A DNA stretch of 50,712 nt from positions 1-50,712 of the forward strand of contig NW_021834201.1 of assembly GCF_006345805.1 (NCBI RefSeq), read 5' to 3'. Both the position numbers and the translations under genes were made by a program. This DNA comes from Octopus sinensis (taxonomy: Eukaryota). Position 1 is the stretch's first letter, and every line of letters begins with the position of its first letter. Below the pieces are notes generated by a model. It did not search any database. It was not told the origin of the DNA and saw nothing but the letters and a program-made list of their open reading frames with translations. Positions 24,230 to 36,891 of the stretch are shown here, one piece after another.

Positions 24230-24435
24230 ACGGGATTGAAACTGAATCTTGAACACCTATCTGCATGCTAAATTCTTCATGAAACTCATTGCCAACTCTC
24301 ACCTTGCTGACAACACCTTTATCTCTGTACTAGGCTTGTATGACTCTCGCAAACCATTCATCTACAGATTACAGAGGGTGGAATATTAAAAGCCTTCTTC
24401 AGGTCAATAAATACTAAGTACAGTGGCTTTGATTT
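24230..24435 (-). mobile_element. Degenerate RTE RT fragment
   Basis: Remnants like PLYLVFIDLKKAF, VDEW and KVRVGNEFHEEF match the 15126 ORF. Confidence 0.7.
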
Positions 24436-24554
24436 TTCTATTTGAAAGCCATCAAACTAACTTTGAAATTCATATTATTTTCTTATGCATCATTCTCCAT
24501 TTTGTAGTTAATATCTTCAACATTAAAGAAAAAGGATGAAATAAGCACAATTAC

Positions 24555-24631
24555 CTTGTTCTTAACCTTTTGCTGTCTGGATCAGCCAATGGGACAAATT
24601 CCACAGAAGGATTTACGAAAGCAAGACACAC
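24555..24631 (-). CDS. USP exon 10 (end of RING-like finger)
   Basis: VCLAFVNPSVEFVPLADPDSKRLRT; 77 nt, phase 0-2. Confidence 0.88.
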
Positions 24632-24733
24632 CTAGAATAGTACAAACAAAATACAGACAAAAGAAGTAATTTCTAGAGTGTTACTATCACAATAAATGTA
24701 AAAAAAGAAATTACATATAAAAAACCTACTTAC

Positions 24734-24775
24734 AGGGCAAGTATAAGAGAAAACACTATGGTGTTTCAGTGACAT
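24734..24775 (-). CDS. USP exon 9 (42-nt mini-exon inside the RING-like finger)
   Basis: ttattccag|ATG...TGCCCT|gtaagt; MSLKHHSVFSYTCP; phase 0-0; completes CP|VC with exon 10. Confidence 0.88.
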
Positions 24776-26829
24776 CTGGAATAATACAAAATATATATAT
24801 ATATAAATAAACTAAAATACATCAAAATTTATAAGCAAATCTGAAAGTTATGGAATAAAATGAGTAATCAAATACCTAAAGTATAAAGTTCAATCTTTGT
24901 TCAAAATATACATATTGTTATTCATAAAAGCATTGTGAACAGGTCATAACCTAAAAGGCCCCGATTACAACTATCAAAAAGTGTGCTGATGTAACCAAAA
25001 AAAACTTGAAACTGAAAATGGTTAGAAAATATACTTGCAACAGGCTGTCACATGCTTATATTTCTTAGCTTGGTGTTCTGACACTCTTTTCTCTCTCTCT
25101 CTCTTTATCTACATACATGCACCATTTTGTATAATATACTCCTGGCTTTTCAAATCACATCCATTTCTAAAACAGGTATTAACCCTTGATTTAAGTTTTA
25201 ATTCAATTTAAATCACCTGGATCAAAGGATGACTGAATTCATATTCTTGGAGAAAATGCTTTATACACATGTATACACACACACACACACAAACACACAC
25301 GTACACATATCATTTTATGCATTTTCCATGCTGGCATGTGATGGATGGTGTGACAGGATCTGACAGGTCAAAACCATGTTTCTGAGGCTGGTGGAAGCCC
25401 ATCCTAACAATAACCACTTCACAAGGTATTAGGTGCCTCTTTTCATGGTACCACCAATAGAGGTAGTCTTACCCTTAGCAAAATTAAAAAGCACCCTCAA
25501 AAGCCCTACATTGTCAATGATCAATTTGATTTATCAACCACTTACAGAGTGTACAAGGAGCTTTTTTTCTGTACACCAACACTAGGCATGCAAGGTGACA
25601 AAGAGACCCCATGACTGAAAGAGATGTTAAAATATGATGAGAAGCAGATATAGTGTGGTGAGAGGAATGGTAATGGAGAGAGCAACTGAGGATACTGTGT
25701 TGGTGAAGAAGACAAAGCAAAAGTAACACAAAGAGTAATGTCAGGAATTAGTGTAAAAGAGAGAGGGGAGATGTTATATACCCTCATTTTATGTCCACTT
25801 TCTCCATACTTGCACGATTTGGACAGCATCAAAATTTGTCAGTTATACAGGTTTAGTGTTGAGAGGGTTGGATAGAGGGAACTGATAGAAACAGCAAGTG
25901 TTATGAAAGAGGGTAATAGCAAAGAAAGGGAAAGCAGTGTTGGGAGGTGGGGGGTTGTGTGTGTATGTGTGTGTGTATATATATGAGAGAGAGAGAGAGA
26001 GAGAGTGTGTGTGTGTGTTAGAGTGATAAAGATGGTGAGATAGAGGTTTAACGAAGTAGTGATGTAGAGCCACTCTATGTTATATATGACTGGTGCATGA
26101 GAAGAGGCAAGTTAACATAACCAAGAGAACATAGTGAATCACGGAGGGTGAGTAGAGGTTGCCTCCCAACCCAAGCATCACAATTCAAGATAGAAGAATG
26201 AGTAGCAAGCTATAGGCGGTGGTGGGGGTAGAGGGTACTCAATAAGCACAACTTGAGTGCTTTCCTCTGAAGTACATATGGCATGGTATGGTGAGTAGAA
26301 GTCATGCTAAGGAGATGAGAGGGTATTGAATAGATAATGGTCAGAGAGGTGGTAGTGCACTACTCCACTATCTTAACCAATATTTTGCTATGGTTATGCA
26401 AGAAGCTGAGTCTTCTGCAGTACCAAGTGTTACCAGTTGATAATTGTTAATGGTTTTTTTCCTATTGTAGTTTTTATGGTGGAAGGAAGACTGGAAGCAA
26501 TGAGATGATGTCATGTAAGTGAGAAGGAAAGTTTTTCCCTGCATTTGGTTTTTCCTAGGGACATGAGCAGTGACAGACGCCAGTCATGAAAATACAGAGG
26601 TCGTGACAACATGAGTGAAGAGTTGATCAATCTGCCAGCAGTACCTGATTGCAAGTCAAAGCAAGAACAATTTTATTTATTTGCCTTCAAACCACAAGCT
26701 ATTTTGGCACATTGTTACTAGCTGTGAGGGTACGTCCGAGAAGTAGACATTTTATTTTTCTTTTTGTTCTTGTTCTTTGTTTGTAATTGATACAAAAATC
26801 AGAATTGGAAATGATATAGGGAAGGTGAT

Positions 26830-28780
26830 ATGATGGCCTGGATAAAGAAGGTAAGATTAGTGGCAGAGCTGCAGGGAATAAAAGATGTGGCAAGCCTTAT
26901 GCTGTTGTATTTAGAAGGCAATGCATTGAATCTCAACCTGGAGATGGATGAAGTGGACCAAGAGAAAGCAGAAAAAAATTGAACAGCAGCTGAAGGACAT
27001 GTACACGGAGGGGACTTTTAAAGCCTACAGCAAGCTGAGGAAGGTTAGATGGATTGGCAAGCAGATAGCAAGTTTTACTGGAGCAGCAATGGAGCGGATG
27101 GTGAAGCTGGCTTTTGTGACTGCTTCCCTGACCATATCTTTGTATGTCAGTAGCATCGAAATGATGTCGGTAGGAGAGATGATTGATAAATTGCGTGTGT
27201 TGATGCAAGGCGACATTCGAGACATAGTGATAACAGTGATGATGGTTACAAGTTGGACAAAGAGGCAGGTAGCAAACAACGAGAGCAAGAGTCTGGTGAG
27301 GTGAATGACCAAGGGACCATGTTTCAGATGTCAAGGTCTGCACATGATCAGGGAGTGCACAGAACCAAAGCCAATGGTTGTGTTTGCAATGCGGCCACCC
27401 TGGGCACATAGCAAAAAATTGCAAGCAGGGAAATGAAAGAAGGGGACTACTGCACTGCTAGTTCCCTCCACTATCAATTGAAGGTGCACAACCGAATGTT
27501 GCCAGTAGAGAGGCTTAAGGTGGTGGGGTGGGGAGAGAAGCACGAGCCCTCGATACAGGTTGCGCAACAACCCCGGTGACCGCAAGAATTGTTGAGAACT
27601 AAAGAAGAAACATCAGGCTCAGAAAGGTAGATGGTAGGGAGGTCAAATGTATAGGCATCAGCAACATGAAAATGGTAAGCAAGCATAATCTGGGAATCCT
27701 GAGGGAGTTAGCTGCCAAGTGCACCCTGGAACTGCATATGGTGTTTGTGCCCTCAGAAAAGAATAAAGTGAACGTCCTAACCAGAGTGAAAAAGAATTGG
27801 CTGGAAACAGTAGATGATGTTCTGGGTGAGGTGGCGGCAGTTTGTCAGTTGGAGGGCACAGAACTAAGGAGGCTGCACAATATGCATCATATGGGGGTCA
27901 ACAAGACAATGTCTTTGGCTAGGATGGAAACCCCGATGTCACTAGGGAGTGTGTTTGGAAGATAGTGAGGAAGTGTAACAGGTACCAATCGATTGATCCT
28001 GCCCTAGACACACACGAACTAGGAAAGATTCGGGTAGAGGAAGAATGGAAGAGGCTGGCCATTGATGTGACACACTATCGGGGAAAGGTGTACCTTTCAA
28101 TAGTCGACTGTGAACTGGGGCGAATGGCTATATGGAGAGGAATCAATGCAGAGACTGCTGCTGAGGGCACAGAGGTGCTGAATGCAGTGTTTTTAGAAAG
28201 GGGTCCTGTAGACGAACTATTGATGGATAACAGTGGAATCTTTCACTCAGAGCAGCTGAGAGAAATGCTTGAAAGACGGAGCACAAGATGCTTTTTCAGA
28301 GTTGCATATAGGACAGGTGGAAATGGGATTGTGGAACAGCACCACTGTATGATTAAAACCATGGCCAAGAGGGGACGAGTCTCCCTTATGGAGGCAGTCT
28401 TCTGGTATAACATGTTGCCCAAGGTAGGGCAAGCTGAACAGTCAGTCCTGCACAGGGCCATAATCTGATATTCTGAGACACCTCATGGTGGTGCCGCAGC
28501 AGCGAGAAGTGGAAGGGATTACATCCATGCAGGTTGGGGATGAGGTTGTGGGTGAAACACCCGAATGCTTGGTTCACAACACAATGTGAATAAGGAAAGG
28601 TGACCACAATCAGCACTTTCAATAATGTATCAGTGGATGGAATACCACATCATGTCCTTGATATTTGAAGGAAGATTAGCTCTTCCGATGACAAAGGGGA
28701 GGGGGAAGGGAGGCCCCGAGACCTTACGGAGATCTCTAAGGGAACATTGTCCCCCCAGGTCGATGGATGATTACGAGACA
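26830..28780 (+). mobile_element. Degenerate Gypsy-like LTR retrotransposon internal region (gag, protease site, RNase H end, integrase; RT missing)
   Basis: Zinc knuckles CFRCQGLHMIREC and CLQCGHPGHIAKNC; ALDTGC at ~27545; integrase WKRLAIDVTHY, ELLMDN, GNGIVE. Confidence 0.8.
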
Positions 28781-29339
28781 GAACAGGGGAGCAGTGATCT
28801 TTGACAGAAGCCATGAGAACCACTGCCTGGCACAGCATCAGGGAATACCAGCCATATACTTAGTATCTACAGAGCTGAATCTATGCTTTTAAATATGTTC
28901 ATCTTCAATATTTTGTTTTTTACTTCTCATAGTTATATCATTAATAATGTTAATACTAAGAAAAGTATATATATAATAATAGGAAGACTAAATCAAGGAA
29001 TATTATCTGGTATAACACATCATTCACATAATCTATAGCTACTAATATACCTTGGAAATTCTTTGTTGCACAAGATAATTATTTCTCACCTCCAAATAAA
29101 TATAGGGAATTATTTAATTGCTGTAGTATAAAATTTTCATGTTTCAACCACCAAAAATTTGGTTGAAATTATAGCAGCACATAATAAACAGAGAATTAGA
29201 GAGTATCTCAACTAAAAATCTTTAAACTAGAATAGAATTGAAAGCGTGAATTGTGAAATTTACTCTAATGCTAGTTTTCCCGAATTAGATTTCGATACTT
29301 TAAGTAAAAGTAATTCCAACTCTGATAATACAGTTAACA

Positions 29340-30410
29340 CTTAGTTTTAATATTAATTAAAATAATAATCCTGCCATAACAATTCTGAGTGGGGGGGACT
29401 AGTAATAATTCTTTTAAGCATCAGTACCAAATAGAAGTGTATAATTCTAAAAATAAAATTATCTGTCCTTTAGAAAATCAGTGTTTAAGGAAAAATATAG
29501 CGTATCAATGTAAGGTAATAACAGGGATTATTACATAGGTTTGCCTGCTACAATTTGGAAATCCAGATTTCATAATAATTCTCATTCATTTAAGTATGGA
29601 AGAAAAGGCAATTCTACAAATCTTAGTAAATGCATTTGGGATTTAAAAAGATAGGAACATTAAGTATGATTTAAAATGGTCCATTATTAATTACGCACCA
29701 TCATAAAATACTGTAATTTAAAATGTGATCTTTGCCTTGAGGAAATGTATTATACAATAACTTCTAAATTAATATTATTAAATTACGTTGGTAATTTTAC
29801 ATTGAAATGTTATCCCCAAATTTAGAAAAGCATTTAAATATTTCAATTCTTAATGTCATATAATAAGCATATATCATATAAACATAATTTTTCTAAAAAT
29901 GATTGGCATATTCAATAGAGAGAAAACTAATTGTTGTGTCATAGAATCTCTATATTTCTAATTGTTGTAACATAGAATTCATGTTTATTTTTTATTCTTT
30001 TGTTATTCACTTATGTCACCAAAAGTTGAATATCAAACTAGCTTCTCTTAAGATATATTTCTTCTTAATGTTCTTTTTGTATGTGTTTGTCTACTAGAGA
30101 TATTTTCTTAGTTCATTTTGAATTTAACCAATTTGGAATTGCCTTGATAACCTTGTGTTAACATATATTTTCGGATATATCACTGACTGATATTTTCTGT
30201 ATCTAAATATGTTGATACAATTGAAATGATCGTCAGTATTGTATAGTTGAATCACCAATTAAAGATGAGATTTTCTCCATTCTTATATTTTGAAATTCTT
30301 GTAAATGATATTTGGATCTACTTATACATGAAGATTTACCATGGATGTTTATTCAACTTGCATTTATTGGTGTTTGATTGTTTGACATAGTTAACCTAAT
30401 TTGTTTAACA
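29340..30410. mobile_element. Penelope-like element fragment (GIY-YIG region on plus strand, ~29400-29760)
   Basis: IICPLENQCLRKNIAYQC and KCDLCLEE; inverted homolog of 11300-11815. Confidence 0.6.
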
Positions 30411-30745
30411 CTGAGAGCTTTGATATTTGCCTGGAATTTTTAATCCCTTTCACTTCTTATATATATATACTCTTCATCCTCTGACACAAGTTCTCCTTAA
30501 ATGTCCTGCCTCTCTCATAATTCATCATCTTGTGAGTTACTTGGTTACCCTGCCAGTGCTAGTGCCACATAAAATGCACTGAGTCCACTCTGCGGAGTGG
30601 TTGGTGTTAGGAAGGGCATCCAGCCATAAAATCCCTGTCAAACAGATACAGTAGCCTAGGGTAGATTTTCTACTTGGCCTGCTCCTGTCAACCACCCTGC
30701 TCATGCATGGAAGATGGACGTTAAACAATGATGATGATAATATAT

Positions 30746-31093
30746 AATAATCAATTAGGAAACAGAAGATGGATTTAATATTAGTCTTTATTTTGTACAA
30801 CGATCGTTTTGAGCCATCCTGTGACTGTCTTTTATGGGTGGGATGATGTGCATCATATTGTGTTGCATCAGTTTTGCTGTCTGGGTCATGTCAAATATAA
30901 ACAAGCATGCCTGTACTTAATATTTTTAACAAGACACCACTTCATGTATGCATGTACCGGATGTGACCCAGACTGCAAAATTGATGCAACACAATATGAT
31001 GCATATCATCCACCTATAAAGGACACTTGCAGGATGGGTTGATAGAATAAAGACTAATACCAAATCTATCTTCAGTTTCCTTAATTGATTATT
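30746..31093. repeat. Long imperfect inverted repeat (arms 30746-30892 and 30959-31093, ~66-nt loop)
   Basis: Manual alignment of the left arm with the reverse complement of the right arm. Confidence 0.9.
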
Positions 31094-31869
31094 GTCTCAA
31101 CTAACACTGCGGAATTCCTGAAGTAGATCTAAGGGAAATATACCCTAACTGCAGATGACACCAGGTAGTCCAAACCGTGCTAGTGCTTTACTCAACACAT
31201 CAAAATATTAATTGACAAATACCCATTAATCCAAAAATTACACACACACATATTTGGACCACTGAAATCTACAAGTTTTTTTCATTCTCTCCTTTTATCT
31301 TCTCTTAATCCTTTCTGTTGAGAAGCATAGGAAGCATAGGCTCAAAACGTAAAAGACCTTTTCATTTTCCTGAGCATCAAACTAATACACTTGTTTGTTG
31401 ATCATACACTTGTGTGTGTGTATATATATATATATTTATATATATACATACACACACACACACACACACAAGCATAAATATACATGTGTAAAATATGTCA
31501 GAATTTGAAGAACAAGTTTGGTGACACTGCTTGTTTTCGTAGGTAAATGTTTTTCATCATCATCATATTTAAATTTTTTTTAGGTGTGTATGTTGTCATT
31601 GGTAAGACATCATGTGGTGTTGGTGTGTATAATACATATGTTGTTTTAGTTTGCTGAGTTACTACTGCTCTTTCTGAACAATACATTCATTCACAATGTT
31701 TTTTCTCACAAAATCTCATGCTGCTGTCAGCCAAGTTGAGGTATGGATGCATACATAATTGAAGATTAGAAGAAAAAGATGTTATGACATGCTCCAGCAA
31801 ATGATAAAATAAAAATTTGTGAAGAACATATCTATTCTATGTAATAGCTGTATGAGAACATTTACTTAC

Positions 31870-32562
31870 TTCAAGACAACTATGACAAAAAGTGCCACTG
31901 CAAGATGTGTGCACCATTAAACTTGTATCAAGTAATTCCTCCAAACAGATGGCACAAGATCGCCAGTGTTCAGCAATGGATGATAAATTCGCAGAGGGTG
32001 CAGACTCCCAACTCATTGGAATGGCTGGCCTTTTGGAATTATCTGTTGTCAAAGACCAATCCCATATTTGGTCAGTTTGCATAGAGTCTGGATCAGGATC
32101 ATTAGTTTTGGACTGAGTTGTAACTGATGAAGAATCACAAACATGAGCATCATCTGTCACAATTGAATCAGGGAATGCAGAGGTAGACATGCTTGTTGTT
32201 AATGTAGACTGGCTCAGAGGAGTTAATACAGGATCCAAAGATGGCTGTGATAATAGTGGAAGGTTACTATCATTTGACTGTGGAGTTACATCAGATACTG
32301 TTGTGCTCATTGATGTTGTCTTCTGTGGTGAACAGTTACTGGGGCAGAAAGTATCCATATTTGAAAAAATGTCAGGAGATTTTGAAGAACTAGTTTGTTT
32401 GGTGGCAATGCTTTCTTTAGTAGCTAAACTGGAGTTAACTGTTGGCAGCTTTCCTAAATTGTCTGATGGGGAACTGTCCAGTGAATTAGGAGGAACAGCC
32501 ATTTGAAAGGCATAAATTTTTCGAGCAGAATCATTGACAAACCGGAGCAATATATTGTCATC
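31870..32562 (-). CDS. USP exon 8 (UBL-like end, Ser/Thr-rich linker, start of RING-like finger)
   Basis: DDNILLRFVNDSARKIYAFQ...CAICLEELLDTSLMVHTSCSGTFCHSCLE; 693 nt, phase 0-0. Confidence 0.93.
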
Positions 32563-32629
32563 CTAAAAAGAAAATGATCAAAAGAGAACTATTAGAAATG
32601 ATGATGGAGCAGTAGTAGTATCAGTAATC

Positions 32630-33030
32630 CTTTCTGCTATAGACACAAAGCCTGGAATCCTGGGGAGGGGCTAGTCAATTACATCAACTCCAGTGTGCAA
32701 CGGGTACTTATTTTATCAACCCTGAAAGAAAGGCAAAGCTGATCTCAGTGGAATTTGAATGCAGAACTTAAAGACAGATGAAATGCTGCTAAGCATTTTG
32801 TCCAGTGTGCTAATGATTCTGCTAGCCTGCCATCATAATAGTAGTAGTAATCTTTTCTACTATAGGCACAAGACCTGAAATTTTAAGGGAGAGAGCTAGC
32901 TGATTATACTGATCCCAATGCTTATCAACCCTGAAAGGATGAGAGGCAAAATTGACCTCAGCAGAATTTGAATGCAGAACGTAAAGACAGACGAAATGCT
33001 GCTAAACATTTTGTCTGGCATGCTAATGAG
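32630..33030 (-). mobile_element. Two tandem copies of a second SINE-like family
   Basis: Repeated tatcaaccctgaaag...gcaaa...ctcag...gaatttgaatgcagaac...cattttgtc block; partial plus-strand copy at ~44205-44345. Confidence 0.7.
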
Positions 33031-34656
33031 TAGTAGTAATAATAACAATAATAGTTTCTTATATTGTTAGAAAACAAACTATATTCTGATACATATTTTA
33101 TAGACCCTGCAGAAATAACAAGTGAACCATAGCATAAACTGTAAAAGGAAAAGAAAACAAACTGACTCCACATAGCAATAATGATGCCAAGAATGATATT
33201 AACAGATTTGAGGTCAAGACATGTAACCTTGGATCATATAGACAGTTTACTAAAGTCAAAGCACTGGTTTCCACAAGTTACCTGACTGATAACATATATG
33301 GTATGGAAAATAAACAACAGTGAAACAAATTGGTCAAATGTCATACAACAGGTCAAATTTGCAAAAGCCATCTCATCAATGCTAGGGTGATTGAATGGAT
33401 ACAAAAATATTAAAGGTCTAATATTGTGAACTGGAACATTCAGATTCAACTGTAAGGAATGGAGTGCTATTCAAATGATAAAGCATGAAGCATAAACTCT
33501 TTGGTTGATAGTCTGGCACCCAATCAATGTATTAAGCTGTGATTCTCATAAAAGATTATATATGAAAAATGTAAATTGTGGTGGTTTAAAGTGCCATAAA
33601 TTCATAATTAGTGTTAGTCAAGGAAGACAGTAAAGATGATAAAAATATTATTGTTACAATGGGAAAGGCTTGACCTTTCAACTTTTGGCTATCCTAAATG
33701 TAATAAAATTCTCCAAATGATTAAGCAGCGTAAAACAGATGGAGAGCTATATAGGATCATTCAAGTGAAATTCAACAAGGGTCCATCGTGAAGTTTCTTA
33801 GATTTTCTTCAAATTTACACTATTAGTTAATATCCATGGGATGAGTAATTCCTGAAAATTTCAGCTCCATAATAAGATTTTATGGCCATTTAAAGTTTTA
33901 GGCAATTTTCAAAATAATGAATTTCTTTTATTTTTAGGGGCCCATCATTCTAAATAGGTTTGATATCATAAGCAAGCAAATAACTTTTGATTCATTTTAT
34001 TTTTTACTGTTTCATGTTATTTCTGATATTTTTTACTAGTTTTCTTAATTTTTTTTCAATTTTGGAAGGAAAATACAGTCTTTTGTAATCGAAAACTTTT
34101 ATAATTGTCTTAACTATCAATATGAAACTAGTAGAATTTTTGACCCCATGAATCTATTATGAAGGTATTATAAAAGGATGAGGATCTATTTTCTGATCAC
34201 ATTTTTGTTATTGTATAGTCAAGAGGTCAATGTCCAAGGATTTTTAGGTTTGAAAGTTTTCCTAATTGTTGCATATTTATTTCTGGGGCTCTGAACTACC
34301 CATAAAAATGGAAATTTCTATTTTCAGAGGATGAAAATTGATATTTAGAGTAGTTTTAAATGCTGTATTCTTACATTTCTATACTCACCATTAGGTGTAT
34401 TTTCTGAGTATATATAGTTTTATATAGTTTTCACTTTAGTGATAAGAAGTTAGTCTGGTTAAAAAATAAAAAAAAAACACCCCTCAATTTTCAAACTTTC
34501 TCACAGAACTTTGTTGAATTTCACTGGAATGACCCAAATGTTTCCATTAGATTGGCTGGGAAAATACACAAAAATAACGAATGACAATATCAAGGATAAA
34601 AACAATAATATTGTACATGATCAATTAAAAAGCATTATGAAAGTTCTTTGACTTAC

Positions 34657-34829
34657 AAGGACTCGTGAAATGTAATTGTTAACTACTTCAACCATGATGA
34701 TATCACAGTTTTGCTGGCCTGCCGTCTTTCGCAGTTCAGTTTTGGCTTTATAAATGTTGTCATTTTTGTGCAGTTTTAAGAGATACCGTATGGGCGGAAT
34801 AGTACGGGTTTGTGTGATAAATATAACAC
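34657..34829 (-). CDS. USP exon 7 (UBL-like insert; not in the ORF track)
   Basis: VIFITQTRTIPPIRYLLKLHKNDNIYKAKTEL...IIMVEVVNNYISRVL; 173 nt, phase 1-0. Confidence 0.92.
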
Positions 34830-35377
34830 CTGAAAAACAATTTCAGCCAAGTCTTAGACAAATTTCTGAACATGAACATGGATAATAGAGAATAAAGAGC
34901 ACTGATTCAAGACAAACAGAATCTAAAAAGACTAGAGTGAGTTATGAGAAATAATATCCTAGTTTCTTGCTGTTATCTTGATTTTATAGTATGGTATGAA
35001 CTCAATGACATAAATTAAGAAAACACTAAGGCACTTCACTCAACTGTTTGTCCTCCATATACATCTCATATTTGTACTAGTTCAATCTACAACTCAAGTA
35101 TACTACAAGATTCTTCTTACACCTAGTTTTCCACAGTTTATTTGTGCATTAACAATATACATCCAATGGGTACACCTAATTTCTTTTCAGCTGTCACGCA
35201 TCCCCTGCCCCTGGCTTTTAATGTTTGTTTTGTTATGCAGCATTGCACTTCATAGGCATGTGTCATACAATCTATCCTTCACATGGAGTAATAATTCCTT
35301 TATTTCTATGAGAGTTAAGAGTTTCCTGAACTTTTTCAGGCTTATGCTTTTTAACACACACCTCCATTGCTACTTAA

Positions 35378-35597
35378 CCCTTTCATTACCAAGCTGGCTG
35401 AAGCCAGCTCTGGCTCTGAGTACAAATGTCTTGTTTTCATAAGTTTTGAATTAAAATCTTCCACCAAACCTTAGTCACAATTTATGTTCCTAATACTAGC
35501 TGAATGGTAACTAAGTTACTTTACTAAATTCTTTGTTATATTTAAAGTAATTGAAAGAAACACAGAGCATCTCAAAATAAATACAGTAACGAAAGAG
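35378..35597. mobile_element. piggyBac-type MITE
   Basis: TTAA|CCCTTTCATTAC...GTAACGAAAGAG|TTAA. Confidence 0.75.
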
Positions 35598-35607
35598 TTA
35601 AGTCACC

Positions 35608-36060
35608 TCAGTAAAAGAAACTATCAACTACTTCTAGGGAGCCTTCCAGGCATTTCAAACAATTTATTAGATGGATACTCTTATAGCTAACCACTCCTGC
35701 ACCCCATAGTTTACATAGAGTAAACCATATATAATTCCTACAGACTACTTTCCTGTATACTGATAATGGCTGTTTTCCAGATGGCAGTTGAGTCCTGTTT
35801 TCTTTTCTATTCCTTAAAAGTTCCATCTTTATGAGGTTTACTTGTAGACATTTTGGTTCTAATTTTACTTCCATGTTTCGAATTAAAAAAAAAAAAGTTT
35901 TGACAGAGAACTAAGTCAACAACATACAGAAGCTCTGACAGACAGCTGGTTTCAAACTCATTTATTATTGCCTGGAGGATGCTGAGATTTGAGTTCTGAT
36001 AGACACCTACCTGCACACTAAATTCCTTGCTGAATTTGTTGCTAACTCTTACCATGCTAT
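35608..36060 (-). mobile_element. Degenerate RTE RT fragment
   Basis: VRVSNKFSKEFSVQVGVYQ, ELLYVVDLVL and LEVVDSF match the 15126 ORF. Confidence 0.75.
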
Positions 36061-36891
36061 TGTAATTATTTATATAATTTAAACTCAGCAGTGTATATTG
36101 ACCTTCATCCCATGCTCAAAACTTTTCTATTCACTGCCCATTTAATCTAAAAGAAATAAACTGTATATAAAAGAATATCTTTAAAAAGTCAAAGATGGCT
36201 GGAAGGTCTAACTGTAATTATGACAAACATCAGTGAGATGGTAAACAGTTTGTCAGAATCTGCATTGATTCTAAACTAACTGAGACTGCAATACAAACGT
36301 TCTGTCTTGAAGTGATCCAACTTAATACTTACTTAATAATTACTATCAAAATTTTGTATTAATTTATGTTTCAACCACAGGATTAATAATCAAAATTAAT
36401 TGAAACAAAGGCAGTATTTTCAACAGAAATATGCAACAAAAGGGTTCAACACCCAGCAGTTATTTTCACTACATTTGTGTCTAAACATTTTAGGCAAAAT
36501 ATAAACATTTATTGTCCCATTTCCCATTAATCTTGATATGTAGCAGTAAAGAAGAATAAGAGACCACTTTAGGGTACCATCACTGAAATACCACGACATA
36601 TTCAAAATAGATATCAAAATCTATATTGTGATTATGTACATAGGATTTTTGATTACTGACTGATGGTTCTAATTACACCAGCAGAGCTGTATGTTTCTGG
36701 CAAAGATAGCTTTCAGTGATCCATTTTACAAAGATGTAAATAAGTCACTTAAGAATTTGATGTTAGGAAAAGATCATTCTAGTTTTGATAAAGAACAATT
36801 GTTAGCCAGTACTGTAACAGTTTAAAAGAGCAATAACAAATTCTAATGCTTTTAAAAGTTAAAACAAGAAAATTAAGTTATGTAAACTCAC

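Noticed and set aside
26500-28860. LTR pair around the Gypsy relic
   Set aside because: A PPT-like ggggagcag|TG occurs near 28790, but no matching direct repeat was found upstream.
32189-32506. Plus-strand ORFs opposite USP exons (also 31892-32116, 40283-40489, 40631-40888, 13020-13355)
   Set aside because: Antisense shadows of real exons.
33234-33449. Candidate extra USP exon with a good acceptor (ttccttacag)
   Set aside because: Exons 7 and 8 already join in phase with continuous motif text (ISRVL|DDNILLR); no USP-like content and no convincing donor.
33640-34615. Possible MITE bounded by aatattattgtt and its reverse complement
   Set aside because: A 12-bp AT-only match is expected by chance here; no TSD.
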